DNA of 64,000 bases from Macrostomum hystrix. Taxonomy: Eukaryota > Animalia > Platyhelminthes. The DNA lies in contig CATNEN010000003.1 in NCBI GenBank assembly GCA_950097015.1, positions 372,001 through 436,000 of the forward strand, given 5' to 3'. Positions 1 through 11,800 of this stretch are shown one piece after another (position 1 is the stretch's first letter; each line of letters begins with the position of its first letter). The position numbers and the translations under genes were made by a program. Below the pieces are notes generated by a model that searched no databases, had not been told where the DNA came from, and saw only the letters and a program-made list of their open reading frames with translations.

Positions 1-666
1 CGATTGCTGAGCCTGAACTAGAAAACTCGCCTAGACAAATAGACTATGTTATAAAACTACGAGTAATAACCTCGTTGGCAGTTAAAAGCATGCGCATTTT
101 CCATGTCAATTGAAACAACAGACAAATTAAATCAACAAACTTATCCAATATGCGAATAATTAACGTATTTGATTGCGTTAATTTTTTGATGTTATAGAAA
201 TTTGAGCTGTTCCTTAAATATGAAAAAAAGTTGGCTGCTTTAAACAATTCATCGATCACGATCATTATGTACCTTGGTTTGACGATCGCCATTCAACCAA
301 TGTTTTAATTTAGTGCGCGTGTTCTCAACAGCTGGGCCAAGAGCGAGTACTTGAATGTGTACTTATCAGAGTGCACATTAGTATGTGGGAGTTCTGCACA
401 AGTGTCAGTCTGTATTCGATGACAATATCGAATGTGACTGTTTAGGGAAAGCCTAAACGGTAGATATCGGAAAAAATAAATAAGACAAGAGCGGCATTTC
501 AGAATGCGTTTCCAATCAATCAATCAGCCAGTGTACTCCGGAGCTATTTGCTGCAACTGCTCAATTGTATTTCAATCGATCCAGGTCACACAGGGAGAAC
601 AGACAGCAGGCCAGACCAGCAAGTCAATATATCTGGTGCTCTCGTTCACTGCGACAGAGAATGAGT

Positions 667-1215
<549 letters not shown>

Positions 1216-1556
1216 ATCTGAGAATTCACCTCAGCTGAAACCGTTAAAGTTGGGTGATGAGAAATTTTCTTCCTGTGTAATAAAAAAGTACAGTGGCGAC
1301 CATCTGCGAAGTATTAAGGGACTAAAATCTCCCAAGGTAAGACAAGTTAAAGGCCAGTGGTTAGACTACTTATCAGTAGAGTCACGGGAGAAATTAGACA
1401 GAGTGGAGTAGGTAATAAAAGGGCTCAGGGGCCAGAATTAGGAGCTTCAAAGTCCGGTGCCTGTTCTAGGGGAACCATGACGCCATGAACCATGAACTAT
1501 GTTGAGTTGATGCTGATTTGGGGATCTATTTAGTAGAAAAAACTTAATGGACTTAC

Positions 1557-1585
1557 TTGTATACTTGTTTACTCTAGAAAAGAAA
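1557..1585 (-). promoter_or_regulatory. Probable short non-coding first exon of RPS14, preceded by a pyrimidine tract (TCT/5'TOP initiator or a splice acceptor)
   Basis: Minus strand reads TTATTTCTTTTCTAGAGTAAACAAGTATACAA|GTAAGT with a donor at 1556. Candidate downstream acceptors are TTTCAG (1235) and TTCTCAG (1218), just before the ATG. Confidence 0.5.
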
Positions 1586-1848
1586 TAACAAAGTCCACAA
1601 ATTTAAAAGTTCACAGAGCTTTGCTTATTTTATATTTTAAAACCGATGGTTACTATTGCTTGCGATTTCTCATAGCAATACTTGTCTGCTAGTAAATGAT
1701 ATAACAAATTTTCAATTTCCCACGAACTACATCAGTCTGAAGTATAACTATTTGGAGCATTAATTTCCACACATTTTGATGCTACATAACTATTATCTTT
1801 TTTAGTTGGATAAAAATGCCTTCCGAGAAGTGACCTCAGCTGCTAGGT

Positions 1849-3626
1849 CTACTCAATGTGCTGCTGCTGCTGCTGCCGCTGCTGCACAGGCTGTCGAGGT
1901 GTTCCCGGCTTAGTGGGCAGGAAGGCTCTGTTGAGCACGGCGGCTCGCTGCTCAAGTAATTCAACTGAGCTAAAATGTGTCAGGAAGGCTCTGGGTACAG
2001 CCAGTCCCTGGACTCGCATCAGCTGGCCAAAGTCGGGTGATTCAATCTGATGAACGGCGGCGAATGCGAATCGGCCAATGAGACCGGTTCGCGAGATCAT
2101 CGGGCCGCTGCTCAGGTCGACGTAGTCGCCAACGCGATACACAGTGAGGGTCTGATCCGGCTTGCCCTGCAGAATGCTGCGTACTGCGGCTAGCTTGATG
2201 TCATTGTGCTTAAAGATCTCCAGAGCGACTGAACCGGGAGCGTCCATGGGCTGGAACTCGTGATTGCCGGCCAGCAGGCGCTCAGCTCCCAGGCTGAGGG
2301 CACGCAGCTCCGAGCGACTGGGGCTCCAGGTCAGCGGCTTGTTGTCGCCTGCGCGAGACACCTGGTTTTGTGGGAAATTTCGTTACCGCGTTTCACACTA
2401 CTTGCAGTAGACAGGGCGGAGTTTGAGCGATGCCTCAGGGAGCTGGCACATCCGCACTCCAACTGTCACAATGCCTCAGTGAGCTGACACATTCACACTC
2501 CAACTGTCACAATGCCTCAGGGAGCTGGCACATCCGCACTCCAACTGTCACAATGCCTCAGTGAGCTGGCACATCCGCACTCCAACTGTCACAATGCCTC
2601 AGGGAGCTGGCACATCCGCACTCCAACTGTCACAATGCCTCAGTGAGCTGACACATCCACACTCCAACTGTCACAATGCCTCAGTGAGCTGAAACATTCA
2701 CACTCCAACTGTCACAATGCCTCAGTGAGCTGACACATCCACACTCCAACTGTCACAATGCTTCAGTGAGCTGACACATTCACACTCCAACTGTCACAAT
2801 GCCTCAGTGAGCTGACACATTCACACTCCAACTGTCACAATGCCTCAGTGAGCTGACACATCAACACGTTAACTGTCACAATGCCTCGGTAACTGACAAA
2901 CCGCATATAGCTGCAGGAATCTATCTACCTTGCAGTCATAAACGAAGCTGCCACTTTTGATGTAGGGCGGTGGAAAGCTGACCAGTTTAACATTGTAAGC
3001 ATCCTTGAATGCAGTCTCGAACACGGAGCCTAGTAGCAGAGAGCCGGAGCGCCACAGGGCTGTGTTACACAATTTAATACCTGGATAAAGTTGGATTTTT
3101 TCCCTCTATATGTGCGAGACGGATGAGTATGGACAAATCAATACTGGGAAGGCCAGAATGTTCGAAATCGAAATGATTTACCTTCAGCCTCCTCCTTGCT
3201 TCCCGGTGTTTTAAAATTAAGGAAACCCAAGGAACAGCTGGAGCTCAATGGCCGATGCATGTCCCATGGAGTGCTATTGTTAACCATGGCTAGAACTGAT
3301 TCGGTAGACAATTCCTCGGAGAGGTGTTTAGCAGCGTCCAATGGTGTGGAAACTCCCTTGTTCATAAACAGACTATGAGCCTGACCATCTGGTCCCGTGT
3401 AAACAACTTCGATTTTTTCGATGGACCGCTTGGATCGCTTGGCTTGCCGCTCGAATTCCTCATTGAATATGGCCAGACGGTGCTGCTGTTGAGCATCGCC
3501 AGACGGAGGCGGGCATTCGGCATCAGCTGAGACACCTGAGGCTGCTGCTTCAGCACTGCTTAACTTTCTGATCAGCATTGACAGCCTATGTAAAGGCCGG
3601 TGATTGCGTAGGACTGCTAGCGACAT
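1849..3626 (-). CDS. MRPL39: Mitochondrial ribosomal protein L39 (ThrRS-like TGS domain), exons 3626-3182, 3080-2929, 2361-1849; 369 aa
   Basis: FMNKGVSTPLDAAKHLS...PWDMHRPLSSSCSLGFLNF, ALWRSGSLLLG, GSFVYD and VYRVGDYVDLSSGPMI match MRPL39 motifs. The Arg/Leu/Ser-rich N-terminus resembles a mitochondrial targeting peptide. Introns are GT-AG with phases 1 and 0. Confidence 0.9.
2425..2895. repeat. 41-bp minisatellite, about 11 copies, filling MRPL39 intron 2
   Basis: Unit TGCCTCAGTGAGCTGACACATTCACACTCCAACTGTCACAA; period 41 read directly (2461 to 2502). Confidence 0.95.
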
Positions 3627-4826
3627 TTGTTATTAATACAGTTTTTGAGCACTGAAACACAAAGCAAGTCATGCGAAAGACAGTCACGAATTGATTTTGT
3701 GTATTTCAACACTGGTTAGCATTCCACCAGAGCTCTAAATATATTAAAAACATGCTTTAACTGGTGCATTATTCACAAAGTCCAGTCTTTTTAAATAGCT
3801 ATTCATTTAAAACGACAAAAAGTCTGAGTGCAAATACAAAACTGGCTGTTACAGGAGCTTAGCAAAAATTGCATAAATTGATTAGAATCATTTAAAATAG
3901 ATTTTAACTTAAATAAGTTTGTAAGGCCAGTGAAAAAAACATCAGTATATGTAAATATAGACAAAGTAGCACTGTAACTGCTTATAAATATAATGACAGT
4001 GAAGGCCTAGCATGAAGGATAAACTGAGATAAATAATTTTACTCTTGGCTGATATCTGTTGTATATGGCAAACATATTGCCAGATAAGATTTTAAACATC
4101 AGGACACAGTGTGCAAATTTCCCACTAACTAGTTACAACAGTATTAAGAGGTGAAGGATATGCCTTTATTGTTTAGCTAAGTAATATGAAAGCTGCTGCA
4201 TGCTTCCAAGACAAGCATGACAAAATATGGAAATACTTTCACATAGACACTAGATGCTAATTGTCTTTAGTTTGAAAACTGGGACAAGTGAAATTAGAAT
4301 AATAACAAGTGTTACATACACACACATAATTTTTTAGGTTGCTAATGGTCAAATATGATGCTTAAAGTAAGTTTTAATGTTTTTCTTGATCAGGAAACAA
4401 CATTATAAACAATTACCCTTTTGAGTCATTAAGAAAAGTTCTAACTCAGTTCCCTGACACTTAAAAGTAACTTTTGCATGTGACACCCTTAAGCCCTTTA
4501 GAAATTTCAGTGCCACATGTATTGAAATGGTTTTGCTTAGTTTTTTTTACTGTTGGTGGGGTGTAAAGATAGGATATCATAGGATTTATAACAAAGGCAC
4601 TTCATTAGACTGCAAACAATTAAAACTCTTAACTCACTATTATTAGGGACTCAAGCTCTTAATATTTCAATGCCACTTGCATGTTGTGGTGTAGTGGCAA
4701 GTGATTTTGCCCCAAACCTGTCCTTAGGAGTTCTAGGAAATGCTTGAATTTTCATTGGCTGCAGTCTCCTCAGCTTTGCATTTCTAGTATCCCACTTTCT
4801 ATATTTATTGAAAGGCAATAAGGCAG

Positions 4827-5117
4827 CATACATATGCAACACCCAGCCAAACTGGCCAGGTGAAACGAGGGCCAAGCAAGGTAAGTTGCAAAAACCAATC
4901 AACCAAGCACAAAAAATCAAAGGAGGGACCAAGCAACAAAAAAGGAAGGCGTGAAGAAAGGAAAAATGGGAGAGAAAAAGAGAGCAAATGAGAGCAAACT
5001 AAGTCGTAATTAGAGCAATGAAATGAACTAAGTCGCAAATGAGAGCAAACTAAGTTGTAAATAGAGCAAAAACTAAGTTGCATGGCCGGCTAAGATTTGG
5101 GAGGTTGAGCATGTATG
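4827..5117. mobile_element. Non-autonomous hAT-like MITE (291 bp)
   Basis: Imperfect TIRs CATACATATGCAACACCC and GGGAGGTTGAGCATGTATG. Exact 8-bp TSD TAAGGCAG at 4819-4826 and 5118-5125. Internal AGAGCAAACTAAGT-type repeats. Confidence 0.8.
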
Positions 5118-5436
5118 TAAGGCAGACTATTATTTTTTACTTTGAAACCATGCCAAAGACCACAGAAGCAATCTAAACTCGGTGGAAATACTTCACTTTG
5201 TGTGATGGTGACACACAACTAACTGTATGACACTAAGTTGAATAATAGGCAAAAATAAGTCCCACTTGTAAAATGGTGGCATGCTAAAGCATTTTATAGA
5301 TAAGAACCCTAATACTTGCAAAGAAACAGTTCATGAGAAAAAAAAACTGAAAGGGCAGAAAAGAGCCATAGGTTACAAGAAATTAGAGGATTTTTTCAAG
5401 TTAGGGGGCCTACAGAAATAGATTGGCTAGCCTATA

Positions 5437-5616
5437 CAGGGCCATAGCCAGGATTTTTTGGGATATCAGTTTTAGGTTCAATTTTTAGGCCCAGCATTAT
5501 TTCCTAACATAGATAAAAACAAATAATTCATCTCTTTTGAAGAAACTAAATACAAAAATAGACATCAAAATTTTAGTTATAGGATGATATACCAAAACCT
5601 CTAGGCTATACCACTG
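5437..5616. mobile_element. Non-autonomous hAT-like MITE (180 bp)
   Basis: TIRs CAGGGCCATAGCC and GGCTATACCACTG (10/13 match). The 8-bp flanks AGCCTATA and AGCCTATG match at 7/8. Confidence 0.65.
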
Positions 5617-5958
5617 AGCCTATGACCTATAAGGAAATTTTGGAGATATGGATACAGATACAATTAGGCCTATACAAGAAAATTTAGGTTACATTGGAAC
5701 TATACTAGCTGTTATATAGCCCGAACTTAAACAAGTTAATGCCATCTGAAAAATAACATGGCTAGGACCTACCGGCTAAAATATAAAAAATGACACCATT
5801 TTGATTAGGCCTAGGTCTAAAAAAACCTGAGGAAAGCAAGAAAACATTTCAAAAAGCAAAACTTTAGGCCTAAAACTCAGCCATATAGTCTAGTACTAGT
5901 AGGGCCTAGTGACATTATGACAGTTCAGCCATTGCTACCATCACTAGCTAGGCCTAGA

Positions 5959-6453
5959 GGTAATCCTGAAGATTCCCGCATTAAATTACTTCACACGCTT
6001 TTATACACATTCCAGCCATAGAATCATGGCAGGGTGACCTCCAACACCCAGGACAATAGTGAATCCTCAAGAAGTTCAACCAGCTATTGAACTAGGCCTA
6101 GCTGAACTCAGCATCAATTATCGTGAATTGACAGCACTAACTTTGGATGCCCTTTTTAGTACATACCTGCAAGAGTTCATGTGACGCCAGGCCTTCCCTG
6201 ATCATCAGTTTGGCAATAGGCCTATCCTGTACTGGATTGGACACTATTAAGGCCTAGGCCTACCCGTGCCAGTAGTAGGCCTATAACTCTGACAGACTTT
6301 GTGTTTTCTGCAATCAGTTCTTTAACTCTGCAACATCTTCATGTGCCCTATACTTATCTAATATACTAAAAATGAAAATCTTGTCTCCCCCTAAAGTTCC
6401 GTAAAAGTGTAGGCCCTATGAAATAATTTAATGCGGGAATCTTCAGGATTACC
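5959..6453. mobile_element. MITE-like element with 35-bp terminal inverted repeats
   Basis: GGTAATCCTGAAGATTCCCGCATTAAATTACTTCA (5959-5993) recurs inverted at 6419-6453 with one mismatch. No exact TSD and no ORF. Confidence 0.7.
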
Positions 6454-7199
6454 AGCATGGGCCTCAGGCTTGACAAGCAAAGTTAATGCCATTGAACTTT
6501 GCAAAAAAAACTTCAATTGTAACACTAAATGGTCTTCTCTGGGTTTATTTAAGATTTAGGGACTAAGGCCTAGTAGTTTTATTTACAGCAAAATTGGTCA
6601 TACATAGGCATAGCTCAATTAAATAGTCTGGCCTGATTATGCCTATGTCTATAGGCCTATGCCTATCAAGTTTAGCCCCATGCGAACTTATCGATGACAA
6701 TAGTCTAGATGGATGTTAACTGTTAGGCTATTGCAGAGGCACGTCTTGAAGTAGTGAAAAATAAATATACAGCTAGTGGGCATAAAAGTAGGCCTAAGGA
6801 TGACATGACATCCACGACCGTCACGACACAATGACAATAGAAAAAAGAATTTACACATAGGCCTAACACATTGTGTTATGGTATGAAAAGAAATCCTACC
6901 CTTTAGAAACTATAATTTTTTTAAATACCGTAGCGAAGGTCATAAACTTTTATTTGTTTATTAATGGGTAGGCCTATGTCGTGCAGTGACGGCCGCACTG
7001 AATTTAGTTATTAATTTGCTCAGTAAATTTGAAGCTTTTTGTAACTACGCCATTTCAGTCTTAACGACATACTACGACGCTAAGGATACCAAATATCCTC
7101 ACTAAGGAAGTGGCTATGCGAAGAAATAAAAAAAATATTTAATTTTTTTCGCTTCTCGAGACAAGTTTTATAACAGCTTATGTAATTATTCTGTGATAC

Positions 7200-7420
7200 T
7201 CAAAGCCACCTATTCCTCTTTACTGGAAGCCACCAGGCACCAACTCCTCTTGGATACACAAAGACCAAAATTCATCAATTCAATACTCTCGAAGCCACCA
7301 ATTCCTCTTGGATCCTCAAATCCACCAGCTACTCAATTAGATACTCCAAGCTACCAATTCCTATCTTGCATGCATGGATACTCGAAGCCATGGCAATTCC
7401 TCTTGGATATGCGCAAGGCT
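7200..7420. repeat. Degenerate roughly 30-bp tandem repeat
   Basis: Recurring AAGCCACCAATTCCTCTTGGATACTC-like units. Confidence 0.6.
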
Positions 7421-8810
7421 CCTTCTGAATTAAAAGAACTACATATGAAAAGGCCATTCTTCAGAGGCCCTTTAAGAAACTTACTATGCCCTTCAATTTA
7501 TGTTTATGTTGTCTCAGATCTTTTAAAAAAATTACGAGCTTACTTGCATTGGAACCCGACAACATCAGAAAAGTATTTCTATTATTTTCGTCATTCTCAT
7601 CTCTCATCATTTGTACACATTTTGTTTAAAGTAATGCTTCAAAATTTAGGCGGCGTTAGTTAGAAAGCAATCGAGTGATTCAGTATCATTGACTTCAGTA
7701 TCTCACATTGTGTATTTGCTGTGATTATAGTTAGAAAAGCAATAGTCTATGGCAGGCCGGAGCACAAAAGTCTACGTGAATAATAAATAGATGGCGCAAT
7801 AGATCCGCTAACTTGTGAAAATTATACATGTACAGCTGTAGACACTTAAATATATTTCAGCAGATGTTGCTGATAAACCCAGACAATTTGACCCTAGCAG
7901 ACGTAAGACTTATGAATATCAAAGTTCCCAATTCAGTTTTGCTCGTATAGATCAAAATGATCAACACGAAACACTTCTTTCTTAATTGCCGAACTAAAAA
8001 ACTGCATATCATGCGAAACTTCCGATTACAAGTAGTATCTGCGCAGCATCGAAAGTTTACAAATGTGTGCATATTGTGTAGTTTCTATCAGGTACATTGA
8101 AAGGGTAAAAATAGTAGCGTCTCATTGGCATTTCATAAGCTTGAGAGAATGACTTCCTGCTTTTTGCAGGACACTGAATTCGTTAAGTTCAGGCAAGTTC
8201 TGATCGAAGCCTGGCCTAGCATCGATCTGTCGGCAAATAGACAAAAATACACAATTAATTTGCATACAGTGCAAAGTTCATAACTTGACGGATATGTAAA
8301 GCTACTTCGACCATAGCACAGAACATCAACTTGATTGGTACAATTTGGTTGTAGATTTTGAATCAACAGACCAAGTTATGATCTCAATTGATATAACGTC
8401 CTACATTGTCAAGATAAACAGTTTGAAATCGCACGTTTGAGGATCAGGTAAGTGGAACTTACTACGAAAATGTACTGAAAAATTAATGTGAAATTAAGAA
8501 CAGCATTTGTACGTGTGTGGAAAAGATTCTAATTGATCAATATTTGCGGCCAATTATCAATTAACAATAAATAAGCAACAATTGATGCTGGCTGTCCATC
8601 AAAGCAACAAGATGGTAGCGGTAGCGGAGCAGCCTTTCAAAGAACCAATATACATTGGTATGAATCAGAAAACCGATCACATTTTTTCCAAAAGTCATCT
8701 GACATAACTGGTGATTTTGAGTAGTAGGAAATCACAAACTGCTGACTCATACTAAACTAAAACTTGGACCTAAAAATCAGTCATTTTCACCAGACTGACA
8801 AGTGAATGAT

Positions 8811-11800
8811 TCATTCGTGAATGCTGCCTTGCCCCTGGATCCTGGCTGTGTGCAGGTCGATGGCTTCAAACACTTCCGTGGCAGTTCGCAGCAGTTTGGG
8901 GCCGCTTCGCTTTGGCGATCGCTTCAACAGTGGCGCACTCTGCTGCCGACTAAAGCTGCCGCGCCTCAGCAGCACCTTCGGCTTCTCGCCAAGTAGATGC
9001 ATGATGCCATCCACAGTGTTGAACAGCTTGCGCTCGAACACCTCCATTCGACTGCAAAATAGAGGAAAGTTATGAGCAAGGTGAGCCAAGAGGATTTAGA
9101 CTGCGCCGTCTATTGAAAATTCATCATGTTAGCTGGTGTAACTTTTGAAGAGCGTCTATATATTTTAGGGAATAACGAGTACTTTCTGTGTCTATTAATG
9201 CTCAAAACTCAAGCTTCCGCTATTCAAGGGAGTGCTCACGTATTCAGCGTGTCCACCCGGCTGGTGATGTGTTCGACGGACCGGTCGCCAGAGGAGCCGT
9301 TTCCAGCGCTGCCAGAATGAGCGGCGCCCTTCCACTTTGAGAGGCTGACTGCTAGAGCGCTGAAGCTCTTGTGAAGGTGCGCTGAACTGCTGCTGGCGTT
9401 TAGATAGGCGCTGCTAACCTCGCTAACTTGGCGAGTCACTGCTGGAGTGTCTGTGTGAAAGTCGGTGTGATTCAAGGTTAAGATCTGAAAGCATCGGTCT
9501 TGGACAGCTTTGGATGTGGAAAGCATTTTAAATCCGAGCAAAAAAAAACTTTGCAGTAAATGCAGTCATGCTGGATTCCTACACAACGAGACCCTAAAGA
9601 GACCTGTGATTTGTAGTACAGGTTTCAAATAAACTTACTTGGAGCTGAAGACGCATTGCTCCGACTCTTCTTGGTCTGCAGTAGCGGCTTCTTTTGGCGG
9701 ATGAATCTCAGCGTCTCATCGTCCATCGAGCAGCCGAGAGCCTGCTGATCGGACTCGGTCAAGTTGAACGTGACCTTGAAGTTCTGTTTAAAAATTGGCG
9801 CCCACTCGTTGTAGACGTTCAGTATCTCTTTGAGATCGCCGACACTGATTTTGTTGAGATCTACGTAGCTCAAAGCTCGACAGGTGTACATCGACTGGCC
9901 AACGTGACCTTGAACCGCCCTGATAGCTTCGTCGCCAAAAATATCGTCTCTGCCGAGGACGGCCATCACGGTGTCGTCCTTGGAGATTTCAACTGAGCCT
10001 CGAACTACGAAGTAGATGTTCTCTAGGATGTCGCCTGGGTGGACTAGTGTATCACCTAAGACATTGATACAGGGGAGTTTTATTGGTATAATACAATATT
10101 TTTTCTTAAAGTCTTGTCTTTCGGCTAAGCTCTATTTGCCGTCATGTTCAGTCAAACACTATTGCTACACAATTTTTCGCTCTACTAACAATAGCTGTAA
10201 AATTAGAAGCATCAAATTTTTACCAGGTGGAACATGAGTTGTGTGAAACTTCATGCTGAACGCTCTGAGGCAACCAGGACTGGCACCCTTGAAAGCTGGG
10301 CAGTTGTTCAACAAATTGCGGTTCATATGCAAACATATGTCCGCCTGCAGGCACTCAGGAAATGTTTTGAGTACGACATTTGTATCCAAACCGTTAGTGT
10401 AAGTCCAGGAGTTCTGAAATGCGGCAAAAACGCATTTTATGTTACCCCAATTACTAAAAATGTAATCAGTTAGCTATCGAATATTGCATCGAATACTGCG
10501 TTGGTTGAGGCGCTGGGTTGCTGCAAATACTTAATCGGGTGATGTTTTCTGATTTGCCTCTCTCTCCTTTATTCACCTGAAAGCTTTCCTGCAGTCTGTG
10601 TGCCAGGTTCTTAGGTATCTTGTGAAACTTGATGAACTCTTTGATGCTCGTCTTCTTCTCGTGGAACTCTTCCGAGCCCTGGTAGATGCGCAGCATGATG
10701 CTGCTGACGTTGCCGAAGATGGCGGCCGACATCAGCGAGCCAATCAGCATTCCCAGGATGGTGAAAATCTTTTCGGCGTTGGTGTTCGGGCTGACATTGC
10801 CGAAGCCGATGCTGGTTAGGCAGGTAAACGTAAAGTACAGGGCAGTGATGTACTTGCTCTGGATGTCAGGTCCGCCAGTCACAATGCCCGTGGTGGAGTT
10901 CTCGATAAATGGCTTGTTAAACGTCTTCGCTAGATGGTCCAGCCAACCGACCTGGGCAGCATTTGGGTAGCGGACATGAACTAATTAGTACTTTGTACAA
11001 CATTAAAGTCAAGGTATAAGGCACGGCATAAGAATCTGCTTTGTTTTAGAACCGAGCTAAACCGAGCTATAGCCACCGAGCTGTGGCTAGTAGACCACCA
11101 CCGCATATTTAACGAGCCTTCTTATCATTTAGTGCTAGGAGTGAGTAAAAGGCGATTAGTGCATTTGCAGCTCCCCTCGCAAACCTTTGCTGGCAGGCCG
11201 TCTCGCTCGACATAGGCGATGGCGTAGAAGATGCAGGCGAACCAGTGCGCCACCAGGGTGAATGTGGCCATGAGCAGCAGCATGACAGCGGCACCGTACT
11301 CGCTGTACTGATCGATGCGCCGGGCTACGCGCAGTAGGCGAAGCAGCCGGGCGGTCTTAAGCACCCCCGTGATGGTCATGGTGTCCGTGGCACCGCCGCT
11401 GCCGAACAACAGCAGGTCAAAGGGGATGGCAGCGATGGCGTCCAAGAGAAACCAACCTGTGTGCAGCCGGGATTAAATGTTTTGAGTTCGGGGGAGCACA
11501 CAAAATCTCTGTCAGACATTGTGCCTTGGGGTTGGCGCCTCTCGGGTAATACAATATGAATTGCACGAGGGCTGCAAGCACTGGTTACATCATTTGTGAC
11601 AGTTGACCCGGAACCATGGAGAGGAGGCAGTTCTGCGCATTCCACTAGTGCCTAAGCACACACGCAGTCATCGTCAGGCGGTGTGCTCTTTGCCGTTGAG
11701 GTTGGCCCTCATGAGTGTGAATTGCCCCCTCCCCTTAATAAATGCGGCGTCGCCGCGGAATCGAGCTCAGGTTCCTTGGTGCGATAGGCGAACGCGCTTA

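Noticed and set aside
1237-1556. Possible snoRNA in the first RPS14 intron
   Set aside because: I found no convincing C/D box pair or H/ACA double hairpin on the sense strand. An Infernal or snoscan run would be needed.
7193-7663. 156-aa plus-strand ORF
   Set aside because: Non-ATG start, built largely on a degenerate tandem repeat, and no recognisable domain.
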